Shown here piece after piece: positions 51,701 through 62,756 of a DNA stretch of 64,000 nt. Numbering within the stretch: position 1 is the first letter of the stretch; each line of letters starts with the position of its first letter. The stretch is from Dudresnaya verticillata. Lineage: Eukaryota. The stretch covers positions 558,001 through 622,000 of the forward strand of contig OZ374564.1 in the NCBI GenBank assembly GCA_977862235.1, written 5' to 3'. The notes under the pieces are model-generated. The model worked only from the letters and a program-made list of their open reading frames with translations. It did no database searches and was not told the origin of the DNA. Made by a program: the position numbers and the translations under genes.

Positions 51701-53179
51701 CTGCGTGAAGACGAAGGGAACCCGCTTTCGGAATCAAAGGTTTATGAAACTTTTCCCCGCTAGTGGACCTTTGGAGTTTGTCGCTATCGACATTCTCGGG
51801 CCACTTCCGAAGACAAAACGGGGCTATGTCGAAATGTGTGATTTATTTAGAGACGCCTCAGTGTCCTAAGTTGTAGCTACGCTACGCTATGTCTACGTTC
51901 TGGTAATAACCGATCGGTTCTCTAAGCTGACACGCTGTATTCCGTTACGGACAACAACAGCCGTTGTGGTGGTTAACGACTTTCTGGATATGCGTATGGA
52001 GCACCCCAATGTGTCCTAACCGATAACGGACCGCAGTTTACTGCTAAGTTCTTTGACGCGGTGTGTTCCTTACTCGGAGTCAGGCACCTATTAACCGCTG
52101 CCTACCATCCGCAGACAAATGGGCAAGCTGAGCGATTTAATAAGACAATTGCCCAGCGTTTGCGCCATTACGTTGAGGATCATCACTCCGATTGGGATTT
52201 GTATCTGCAACCGTTGACGTATGCGTACAACATGCAGGTACATCGTATTACGGAAACAACGCCATTTGATTTGGTGCTGACACGCCACCCATCGGACATT
52301 GTTGTACGAGGGGCTCCTGTCGAGCATCAAGAAACCGTTACGGAAGGGCGTATGGTCCCGTTGTTACAGAAGCGGAGCACCATGCGCCGTTTACGGTATG
52401 CGCTCCAGACAGCGCGCACTAAGCAAACAGTGGCCCAGCAAAAAGCCAAGGCACTGTTTGACCGTAAGGTGCGCTTTAGGCCCATAATCCGTAGCGGAGA
52501 TCAATTCTATGTCGACCGGCCGACCCATAACTTGCGGCCTGCCGAACGACGTGAGCGGGACCGATTGGAAGGCAAACCGGATGATGTGAGCGAGATGGCT
52601 CAGGAAACGAAGAAAATTCTTCCGCGAGCCACGGGGCCTTATGAAGTGGAATCCGCAACGGAACATGTGGTTACAATCCGCAAGGAAGGGGTATTGATCC
52701 CAGTAAGCATCGATCGCATCACGAAAGTTCCGATCAGAGTTGCAGTTCAGCCGGCGCCCTTAACATTACCGCCTGTCGCGCCATCAACCGTTTACGGAGA
52801 AGTAGTGCCACATCCAGAAGGTACGGCAGTAACGCCTACGCCGTCAGCGGGCATTAAACCCTCCGTAGCGGAACCCCTACAAGCCGATACGGAATATGTG
52901 ATCGAAAAGATTATCGGTCACCGCGACGAACCTACCGGCATGACCTATAAAGTACGCTGGTATGGTCACCCTCCGGATCAGGACACTTTTGAGCCCGCGG
53001 AGGAGTTACCGCAGAATTTCATCTACCGGTATTGGAAGAAAAACCCTCCGGTAAGGGTAAGCCACGGCGACGTGCTAATCCAACACGTCACTCACCGTAA
53101 CGGACAGTTGGAGTGCTGGGGTGTGAGAACACACAATGTTTATCGCAAGCTAAGGTCGAGGCATAATGGAAACCGTTAA
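48721..53179 (+). pseudogene. pol: Element G pol (protease, RT, RNase H, integrase, chromodomain), disrupted
   Basis: LDSGAGPN, YLDD, DTDAC, HHCC, YKVRWYGH; stops, frameshifts and a 55-bp insertion. Confidence 0.95.
51831..51885 (-). mobile_element. 55-bp 5'-truncated LINE copy with an 8-bp TSD (GCTATGTC)
   Basis: Identical to 62757-62811; TSD at 51823-51830 and 51886-51893; interrupts integrase GYV-YVLVITDRF. Confidence 0.88.
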
Positions 53180-53200
53180 GGAGATCGTCGAACTGTCAAT

Positions 53201-53814
53201 CTAAGAGTTACGGCGACGCAGCTTCGGAGCAGAGGCAACTGTATCTTCCTCGTTGCTCCCCTGACCCGTTCGTAAGCCGGGTTCCCCACTCAGATCCGAT
53301 TGGAATACGCGCTGCGTATTGTCTCCCAAGACGCGAATCGCACTATCCATGCGTCGACGCTGACGACGGACCACTGCGCGGAGATGAATCACCTTTTCCA
53401 TCAGCCCCTCTGCTAAGGTTAGCGCTTCCTGAACAGATCCTGGGAATGGGAAGCGCTGCGTACGGCAAATGCCCCGTAGTACCTGTAACCCACTTTCCGT
53501 AGCGACTAAATGAGCCGGAACCGTAACGGGGGATCCTCATCTTCTTGAAACTCTACCTTCGGGGAGATCGACGGCTTATCCCTAACCCCGGCTTCGATTG
53601 AATGCTCCGTTGAGAAAACCACCAATACGGATGGTCCCGACTCGGGTGAAGGTACGTCCTTCCGCAGCGGTGGATTCGTGTCCTTCTCTGGCGAGGCGAT
53701 ATCGCTTTTCCGTAACGGTTCAGAACTTGAAGCGGGGACCGAGGGCTTGTCTCCAGTTGCCCCAACACTTGGGCGCTTTGCGAGTACTTCCGATACGGTG
53801 ATCGGTGCCTCACT
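53201..53814 (-). pseudogene. C-terminal part of the element G antisense accessory ORF
   Basis: EKVIHLRAVVRRQRRRMDS...APKLRRRNS-stop; nearly identical to the F copy. Confidence 0.8.
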
Positions 53815-54899
53815 TGTGGTGCAAGACCCCGGGGGAAAACCCCGTTTTATATCGCTACACCAGCTCGCGCGGTGAGCGGACGACGGTACACGCGGATCAC
53901 CCGCGACTATAACATACGCCGATTACCGGCAGCTTGGATGGGCCCGCGCGCGGATGCCGCGCGTGCGAGATCCGGCCAATGGTTGACGCGCCGTTGACAC
54001 GGTGCGCGCGCGCCCGTACAGCACGCGCCAACAGCACATACGGGCGACACGTCTCCACGTGTACACGCGCAACACGCGCGCCGAATATATCCGAGGGAAT
54101 CCTCGCTCGGGTGCGCTCCAGCAATACGCACCCTTAGATTACACTGATTTACAGTGCGGTAGTAGTATTTCTACGCTAGGTATTTCTGCGCGATATTTTA
54201 GTGAGCTCGCGGTGCGCGCGCATGCCAAGTGTCAAGCGCACGGCGCCACACACGCGCGCGCATCTCCCGCGGGGGATACTTAGTATACGGGGTGAACCCC
54301 CTCACACTAAAGCGCCAAGCAGGCCTAGGAACTCGAGGATACCCCCACCTTCGCACCCGGTGACGACGCCGTGCGCGACTTGGGCTTACGTACCCCGTTC
54401 TACTGCCTGGCTTCAACAGCACTCAGCGGCGTAATCGCCTTCATCGTTCTACGTGCACTACGGCACTCCAACGTGGGCCGGGGGTTTACAGTCGGCCCCG
54501 CCCACGTTTCAACCACCCGGGGCACACCCCGTGTCCCTAGCTCTACCACCGAACCGGCGCAACCGCCGCCACCGTTCCCACCGCCACCAACGGGGATGAC
54601 CTCGGAGACTCTACCACCGCAGGTTTCTGCGCGTGGCGCTCCCTACTCGGCCACCAATACCGGCGCGCCGAGTGACGCTGGGCCATCAGCAGTACCTCCC
54701 GAGGATGTTATCTCGACCCCAGCACGAGTCGTTCCGGAGAACGCTCCGTCGGGCGAGCCCTCGCACGAAGAGGTGCCTTCGGACCCAGCACCAGCACCCC
54801 CAACACCGGTGTCAAACACCGTTCCAACTCCGGCCCCGACTGGCGCTTTTGTTCAGTCAGGGGCCACCCTACCACGAGCGGCCAAAACGCCATTCGCGA

Positions 54900-55824
54900 A
54901 GCTACGCTCGCGCTTCGTTCAACTCGCCAACGGCAGGGGGAGAAGGAAGCCGATTACGGCAAGAGGCTTAGTAAGGCGTGTAGTCGCTGCGGGAATACAT
55001 ACCCGATGTGGGAGAAGATGACCATCTTTATCGATGGGCTAGACCCAGCTATCTGCTCATTGGTAGCACGTTATAGAGAGGAAACGCCTCGTGACGAGCT
55101 GTCCTTCGAACGTCTTGTGCATTACGCACAAGACGAAGGTGACGCACACCGAGCGAGGCTGGGGCCCCCCAGGAATAGAGCCCCACCGCTGACGGTGCCG
55201 AACCGTCCAGAAAACAACCGGGGTCGCCCCCGGGCAACGGCGGTACTCGCCGAGTCGTCCGTGGAATTCCGCGACAGGAGCATCGGTGCTCGTCAAGACC
55301 ATGGAGAAGCCGATGGTGAACTTCATCTGGTTCAGTCGGACGCGTCGGTACCGACAACGGACTTACCGACGGATACGATCTCTGAGGATGCCGACCCCGC
55401 GCTGGCTTTTTATCAACGGGGCGGACCACCGCGTAACATCCCGGCTCCGCGTATTCCGTATCAGGAACACGCACGCCACGTCGCACAGGCCCGGCCGGGC
55501 TGGCAAGACCGTGGGCCGATACGCGCGAGGGATCGAAGTGGACCACGCCCGCAGATTATCTGCTTCACGTGCTACGCAAGTAACCACCTCTCAACCGAAT
55601 GTGTCCACCCCTTTAGCGATCCGGAGTCGGTGGTCCGCAACTTCGAGGCGCTACCGCCGGAAGACCAAGCGCGGGTTCGCCGCGATTCGTACGCTCAGGC
55701 AGTGGAGGCCGTCGCGCTTCGACTCCGTCAAGCTGGGGTGGATCCTCGTCCTCAAGTTGCAGAGAGGCACCCGCAGGTTCTACGCCGCGGGGACACCGCG
55801 GTTAACCGCGCCCAGGGAAACTAA
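54900..55824 (+). pseudogene. gag: Element H gag, 3' part
   Basis: WEKMTIFIDGLDP...ELSFERLVHYAQDE; CFTCYASNHLSTEC knuckle; ends GGGAAAC-TAA. Confidence 0.88.
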
Positions 55825-58176
55825 GTGGGGTTCCTGGCCCCTTGGTTGGAGAGTCCCTCGATTCATCGTCGACCGACGAGACTCGGGGCGAGGAACCCAG
55901 CCACCTACCGGGGATATCCCCGCCGATGTCCGATCCACCAACGGACATCTTTGACGCGGAAAAACCGCGAAGACCTGCCCCCTTGCGCCGCCCTTGGCAC
56001 AGGGTACGGCAGCGTCGAGAAACCGACGAAGTTTGTGTCCTCGCAAAACGCAACTTCAAGGTCTATGCCGAAATCGGCGCAAGAATGAGCTTACTCGCTC
56101 GTAAGCTAAGTGTCCTCGACACAGGTGCAGGTCCCAACTTCATCCGAAAGTCGGAGCTACCACCGGAGATGAACTCCGAAATCAAGTCCGTGGCCTTACC
56201 CACGATCGCGGACGCGAACAACAAGCCGATAGCGACGCTGGGTACCATCGGGCTCATTGTCCGCCTCGGTCCTCGTGTCGTCAAACTCGACTTCATTGTG
56301 TGCGAGCGGTTAGCCGCACCAGTCATCCTGGGTTGCGATTTCTGCGACAGGTTCGTCGAGGCTATCTACCCCCGCACAAAGGAAGTCGAACTCGACGACG
56401 GCACTCGGGTACCGATAACCCGACGACCGATGAAACGTCCTCCGGACTACGCGCCGTTACCGGCAGAGCATGAGTTCGGCATCGCGAAGGGACGCTCCTC
56501 TCAGAAGGTACGCGTGGCTTTGAAGACCACTCTTCCTGCACAATCACAAACGTGGGTCACGGTTACCACGGAACGGGCTGGAGTCGTTTGCCTCCAGCCC
56601 AGCAATACGCCGTACGAATGACAAGGTGTACTCGCCACGAATGGTATCGCCGAGGTTGAGCCCTCGCGTCCGTTTCGGATTCTACTCGCGAACTTCTCGC
56701 GTCAGCCGCAAACGCTAGTGAAGGGCCAGGTTGTCGCGATGGGGCTCCCTCACCCCACAGCCATCATCCCACGTCATCTACAGCTTGCGGATGTGCTGGG
56801 ACTGACGGAAGCCGCCGAAGATGACAAGTCGGACACAACCCCGCAAGCGAAAGCACGAGACGGGGAGGCACCCGAGAGACCACCAACAGTTGAGGACCTT
56901 GACCTGTCTCACCTTCCGCTGGCGCATCAAGTACGTGTGAGGAAGCTCCTCGGGACATATTCGTCTATGTGGGACGGCCAATTAGGTGAGATCAACACCG
57001 CCAAACATTACATCGACTTACTCCCGGGCTCGCGCCCCTTTTCGTCGCCGCCGCACCGCGCCGGTCCAAAGCAACGAGAGCTGGAACAGACCGAAGTCGA
57101 ACGGATGCTCCGCGCCGGAGTTATCGAACCCGCGCAGTCGCCTTGGGCATCCCCAGTTGTGTTCGCGCCGAAGAAGGACGGTACGCTACGATTCTGCGTC
57201 GACTACCGACGATTGAATGCCCTCACACTGCGCGACACCTACCCGCTCCCGCGAATGGACGAGTGCATCGACTCGCTAGGTGTTGCGTCGGTATTCACGA
57301 CGTTGGGCTGCAACTCAGGGTATTGGCAAATCCCCATTGCCCCCCGCGATCGTGACAAAACCACGTTTACCTGCCACGCGGGTCTGTTCCGCTACCGTCG
57401 TATGCCCTTCGGACTTACGAACGCGCCGGCTACATTTCAGCGCACATTGGATATACTCCTGTCGGGAGTCAAATGGAGGACTTGCCTCGTTTATCTAGAC
57501 GATGTGATCATCTACTCGCGCGATCTCGATTCGCATTACCAACACGTGGAGGAAATCCTCGCTATGCTGCAGAGAGCAGGGGTAACCCTGAAGCTCAAGA
57601 AATGTGACTTCTTCACAGACACAGTCACTTACCTCGGGCACGTCATAAAGCCCGGACGACTTGGTATCGACCAGACCGCGGTCGCCGCATTACGCGAGGC
57701 ACAACACCCTCGAACTCAGACGGAGCTGCGCTCCTTTCTGGGTCTATGTAATGTTTACCGACGGTTTGTCCCCGATTACGCACACGTGGCTGCTCCACTC
57801 AATAAGCTACTCAAGAAAGACCAGCCGGTGAAGTTGGCACCGTTTGGAGCCGATGAAGACACGGCGTTCCGCGCGCTGATCAATGCAGTGATCGAACCAC
57901 CCATTTTGGGTTTGCCCAAGCCGGGGCTCGCGTGTTCCGTCGACACCGACACAAGTCAGTATCAAGTCGGGTGTGCTCTGTTCCAAACAACCGCCGAAGG
58001 CGAACGGCGCCCACTGGGGTATTTCTCCCGGTCACTGGCCGCAGCAGAGAAGAACTATTCCGTCTCCGAGCAGGAGTATCTCGCTGTCGTGTGGGCTGTC
58101 ACCACGTTACGATCGTACCTCCAATTGGAGCACTTTACGATTCACACGGATCACTCGTCACTGAGATGGCTTATGG
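55815..58176 (+). pseudogene. pol: Element H pol (protease, RT, RNase H), truncated
   Basis: LDTGAGPNF, YLDD, DTDTS, TDHSSLRWLM, then a junction. Confidence 0.95.
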
Positions 58177-59127
58177 TGAAAAGGAATATGGAGAGGTTGA
58201 AGTTGAACAAGATGAGAAATGGAAGTCGCTTGACTTCGTTTACTGCAGTCGACCATCCGACAAGGCTTGTATCAGCTTTTCGGATGAGTTGCTGCGTGAA
58301 CACAAACAAAATAAATCATTGAAGAAACGCCCAAAATCCCTATTATCAAATGGGCGGGAAAAAGTAAAGCAATTAAATCTACCAAATCATACTCTCAGCA
58401 CACTCACATCCGCCACCAAAATGGGCGGGAACTTGCACACCAGTGTTGCTAACTGCTGACATCAGCAATCCCTCTTGCGACCGCATTTCCTGCCATCCAT
58501 GTGTACTCCAACTTTGGGCGGGAACTCGAAAGTATCGAGTGTCCCCGCATGGCTGCTGTCGGACAACGCTGCACACCACGTGGCCGCACTTACCAGCTCA
58601 AGTCCGTCCATGAATATCCAACTTGGATCATTGACCACGTAATCACCCAGATTTGCCTACGTGGCAGCTGTAAACCAACGTGTCGGCCGCACGACAAATG
58701 CATCTGCTGATCTCACAAGCCAGGCTCCACGTAGCGCAAGTCCCTGCAGTACCAACTCAGACGCCATCAGCACATTGCATGGCACGTTCATATGTACTTG
58801 TGGAGTACAGTGCGCGTCATACCAGTACCATTCCATGCCATACCACGTGCATCCATGTGGTCCAATCAGATCGTTCCACTTGGCCGTTCCTGTTATAACC
58901 GCCAATTCCATCACAACACTTGTAAGCCATATAGACCATGGAGGCGGTTTGTAACAACCAATCAGAAGCCCGTTTCACGTTGCTTTTGCAAAAGGCCTAA
59001 ATGCGCCGTGATTTTGGAAGCCCGGAAAAAGGGCTGTCGTCTCCGGAAGGTTTGGTGACAGCGTGCCAGGGTACCATCTGGGGTACCTGACCCGTGACGT
59101 GAGGGTCCAGCGACCATGTCCTCTACA
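58177..59127 (-). repeat. Copia-family LTR with non-matching flanks
   Basis: Same family as 43698-44688; flanks are TATGG and GACGG; no adjacent PPT or PBS. Confidence 0.88.
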
Positions 59128-59740
59128 GACGGCCCGCGGTCCCGCGTACAACGCGAGTTGCGCGAGGGTGCGGGGTCGTCAGCCAGGGGCATGGTTGTTT
59201 GGGGTGCTACCGCTTCATCGCCGGAGAGAACTCCGAGATTGCTTGCCTGATGCACCGTTGGTCGATGCGACCGCAGAGGCCGTCACCCCGACTAACACGG
59301 GCGCCACTGGTGGCACACCCGGACCTACCCGGCTCGCTATGGTACATATGGCTGACTTTTTGCAGCGTTCCGGGGTTGACCTCGACTTGAGTCTCTCGGA
59401 GCGTGAGCTCCGAGAGCGGCTTAGCGCTATTTTAGCGGCTGCTGCGCACGAAACTGGCGATGGTAGGGCCCGTTCACACGAGTCACCTGCGACGGAGTCG
59501 ACTCCGGTTAATAGGGCGTCTAACCTCCTCGGGGACAGCGCGGCGACGGGCACGGAGTTGGCTCCAGGGGCCGCGAGTGCGACTGTAGGTGATGGCCCCA
59601 TGGACGTAGCTCCGGGCAACCCGCCGAGTGAGGCGGAGCGCGCCCTAGAGAAGGATGGCGATGCGACGGACACCAATGCTGAGCCCGGCGGTGATATCAC
59701 CGGTGATCCCATGTTTGCATGGATGAAGCGCACGGATTAG
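59128..59740 (+). other. Low-complexity coding-like fragment, possibly the C-terminus of another Gypsy antisense ORF
   Basis: Open frame with a helical ERELRERLSAIL segment and GPMDV, reminiscent of AMDVD and AMEVD in the A and C antisense tails. Confidence 0.35.
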
Positions 59741-61363
59741 CCGCGTATAGTGGCGTCAGTGCCAGTGCTGATGGGCCCGCTGTGGGGCATATAGTCGTAG
59801 TTAAAGCGGTCGATCCGCGTGGAAATGTTCGTTGTTTGGTCAACGTGAAATAAGAACCAGCTTGCTTAGTTGTCCGTCCCGCTCCAGTAGTTAGCATTGC
59901 GGGTGCTGCTTGAGGCGTTGCTGAAGTGGACCAGCGGCGTACATGTCCGCGGGTGTGCAGTACGAGGTTGGCAAGGCGGATGCCAGGTCGCAGCCCGTAG
60001 CGTAGCGTGCATTAGTGCTAGGGGCCCATCGACGGCGCTCCATGTCGGGGCACTTAACAATAGGCGATACGGTTTATCCGTGTTTTGGGTACTCGTTGAG
60101 TAACGACGTTGCTGGGTCAACTTCCGTGCTCGAGGGTAGGTTCGACGTGTTCCAGCGTTAGGTAGAATCCGAGCGGTCTAGCCGCGGGTGAATACTTGTT
60201 GCTGGTCAACGCCAAACATTCGGTTATCTTGGCGAAGCATGCTCGCTTTAGTGGAGCGGAGGCGGTTGACAGTCGTTGAGCGGGACTTCCGCGCCTCGGT
60301 ACTTGCTGGTTAGCAACGCTGCTAGTCACCCTTCCAGATTTGCCACCAGGCGAGGAGCGCCATAAGGCGTGGCGAGAGCGGACGTCGTGGGGATCCACTG
60401 TATCATTACCGTATTGCCACGCCGTTTGGGCATTCGTATTGTCTGAACGGTATGTATCGCATGAAACGGTTACCCGCGTAAAGCAACGCGATGTCATTAG
60501 TGTTAGCATCCGTGTCCGTGGTCGCAATTGAAGCGGTCTGCCCGCGTGGAGATTCCCGCCGAGCAGTGCAGCTCACACAACGAAGACGTGACGACGAAAC
60601 TAAGAAATGTGTCGAACACGTCGGTAATATAATACAGTCACAAGCGGAGCACACTTTGCCAAGTAGCTCCCACGCTTGGAGTAATGAAACTCTCAGGTGA
60701 TGATGGGATCACCTGGACTGAAGAAGAAAAGTTGAAACTTGAAGTTGAAAAGTTGATTCTTGATAGTTGAACGTCTTTTTGACGCGGGATGTTCTGGCAC
60801 CAGGTTCTACCTAGTCACCCCTAGGAGTCGGACTCCTGGCCCCCGGATATGATTCTCCGGGTGAAATGCGTCTTTCAGCAGCCCTTTCGTGTCGTGCGCA
60901 CACAGACACGAAGTATGCAATCCTTACGAGACGTCCACCTTATGGGTACTAACTCAAAACGAGTGTTCACCACACGAACAGGTCCAGTCTCTTGCAGGAA
61001 TGGAACTAGGCCCAACCGTGTCAAGGTTCTGGATCTTACTGGAGGCTGCTCCCCTAGGCCAACGAGGTCCTGACTTAACGAGAGTCACCACGCACAACAC
61101 TCAACCTCTCAGCAAGCTCACGGACCAAGACAACAGCGGACGAGAGCCTCGAGAACTCTCTCACACAAAATCAGAGACACAAGCCGACACAGTGGGATAG
61201 GGACCACTTTCAACAGACAACAAGCAGACAGGACAGGACACAAGCCGACAAGACAGGACACAAGCAGACAGGCCAGGCCAGGACGGGACAGGACAGTATC
61301 AAGAATGAAAAGAAAAAGGAAGAAGGTTGCAGCGAAGCGATGAAGTCTGCGTAGGTCGACCTT

Positions 61364-61377
61364 CTGGGCCCATAACC
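61364..61377 (-). promoter_or_regulatory. PBS complementary to the anticodon arm of initiator tRNA-Met (half-tRNA priming)
   Basis: + strand CTGGGCCCATAACC equals the anticodon-arm sequence of eukaryotic tRNAiMet, as used by Drosophila copia. Confidence 0.85.
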
Positions 61378-61857
61378 TGAAGAGGAATATGGAGAGGTTG
61401 AAGGTGAACAAGATGAGAAATGGAAGTCGCTTGACTTCGTTTACTGCAGCCGACCATCCGACAAGGCTTATATCAGCTTTTCGGATGAGTTGCTGCTTGA
61501 ACACAAACAAAACAAATCATTAAAGAAACGCCCAAAATCCCTATTATCAAATGGGCGGGAAAAAGTAAAGCAATTAAATCTACCAAATCATACTCTCAGC
61601 ACACTCACATCCGCCACCAAAATGGGCGGGAACTTGCACACCAGTGTTGCTAACTGCTGACATCAGCAATCCCTCTTGCGACCGCATTTCCTGCCATCCA
61701 TATGTACTCCAACTTTGGGCGGGAACTCGAAAGTATCGAGTGTCCCCGCATGGCTGCTGTCGGACAACACTGCACACCACGTGGCCGCACTTACCAGCTC
61801 AAGTCCGTCCATGAATATCCAACTTGGATCATTGACCACGTAATCACCCAGATTTGC

Positions 61858-62020
61858 CTACGTGGCAGCTGTAAACCAACGTGTCGGCCGCACGACACCT
61901 ACGTGGCAACTGTAAACCAACGTGTCGGCCGCACGACAGCTACGTGCAAACTGTAAACCAACGTGTCGGCCGCACGACAGCTACGTGCAAACTGTAAACC
62001 AACGTGTCGGCCGCACGACA
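61858..62020. repeat. Tandem array of four 41-bp units inside the Copia LTR
   Basis: CTGTAAACCAACGTGTCGGCCGCACGACA at 61869, 61910, 61951 and 61992. Confidence 0.95.
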
Positions 62021-62756
62021 ACTGCATCTCCTGATATCACAAGTCAGGCTCCACGTAGCGCAAGTCCCTGCAGTACCAACTCGGACGCCATCAGCACATT
62101 GCATGGCACGTTCATGTGTACTTGTGGAGTACAGTGCGCGTCATACCAATACCATTCCATGCCATACCACGTGCATCCATGTGGTCCAATCAGATCGTTC
62201 CACTTGGCCGTTCCTGTTATAACCGCCAATTCCAGCACAACACTTGTAAGCCATATAGACCATGGAGGCGGTTTGTAACAACCAATCAGAAGCCCGTTTC
62301 ACGTTGCTTTTGCAAAAGGCCTAAATGCGCCGTGATTTTGGAAGCCCGGAAAAAGGGCTGTCGTCTCCGGAAGGTTTGGTGAAAGCGTGCCAGGGTACCA
62401 TCTGGGGTACCTGACCCGTGACGTGAGGCGCCAGCGACCATGTCCTCAACAAGATTCAACGTCGCAGCATCTGATTGCTCGTCACCGTGCTCTATTTCCG
62501 AGCCATCAGCATCTGGCGTTCGTTCCACGTCACCCTTTGTGTTAGTACTCGCGGCCAACGCCGGGGTAGCATCAGGGTCGGGTTCTGGTGTGCCACTACT
62601 AAAACCCGAACTACTTTCAGGTGTACGTCTGAGATTGTGTGCAGGGCATGGCTGGGGCGTGATACAGTTCTCTTCGTCGCTTGCTCCTTTTCCTCGAGAA
62701 GGAATAGATCCGACAGCCCTAGCAGAGTTTTGTTTCAGATCTGCATCGCCTCTGTC

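Larger units (their letters stand above)
47434..53814 (+). mobile_element. Element G: D-related Gypsy fragment (3' half of gag, pol, end of the antisense ORF)
   Basis: High protein similarity to D gag and pol; 53204-53793 is an inverted homolog of about 46846-47433. Confidence 0.9.
53815..58176 (+). mobile_element. Element H: B-related Gypsy fragment (probable 5' LTR, deleted gag, protease, RT, RNase H), ending at a Copia LTR
   Basis: Begins TGTGGTGCAA like the B LTR; gag and pol are similar to B. The LTR end (about 54460) and PBS are not clearly seen. Confidence 0.8.
60700..62451 (-). mobile_element. Truncated Ty1/Copia-type element: 5' LTR (61378-62451), PBS and non-coding leader
   Basis: The LTR end is followed directly by GGTTATGGGCCCAG. 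No gag is seen and the left boundary is approximate. Confidence 0.78.

Noticed and set aside
43281..53718. CCGTWACGG as PIF/Harbinger (TWA) excision footprints
   Set aside because: The sites I compared with D align without indels and differ by substitution; no TIR element is present.
53790..53814. Second rearrangement breakpoint at a CCG-N3-CGG motif
   Set aside because: The end of G is better explained by element H, whose LTR-like TGTGGTGCAA starts at 53815.
61858..62020. CRISPR-like array
   Set aside because: The units are head-to-tail near-identical 41-mers without unique spacers, lie inside an LTR and have no cas genes nearby.
58177..62451. Intact two-LTR Copia element
   Set aside because: No matching TSD, no PPT and no gag-pol between the LTRs.
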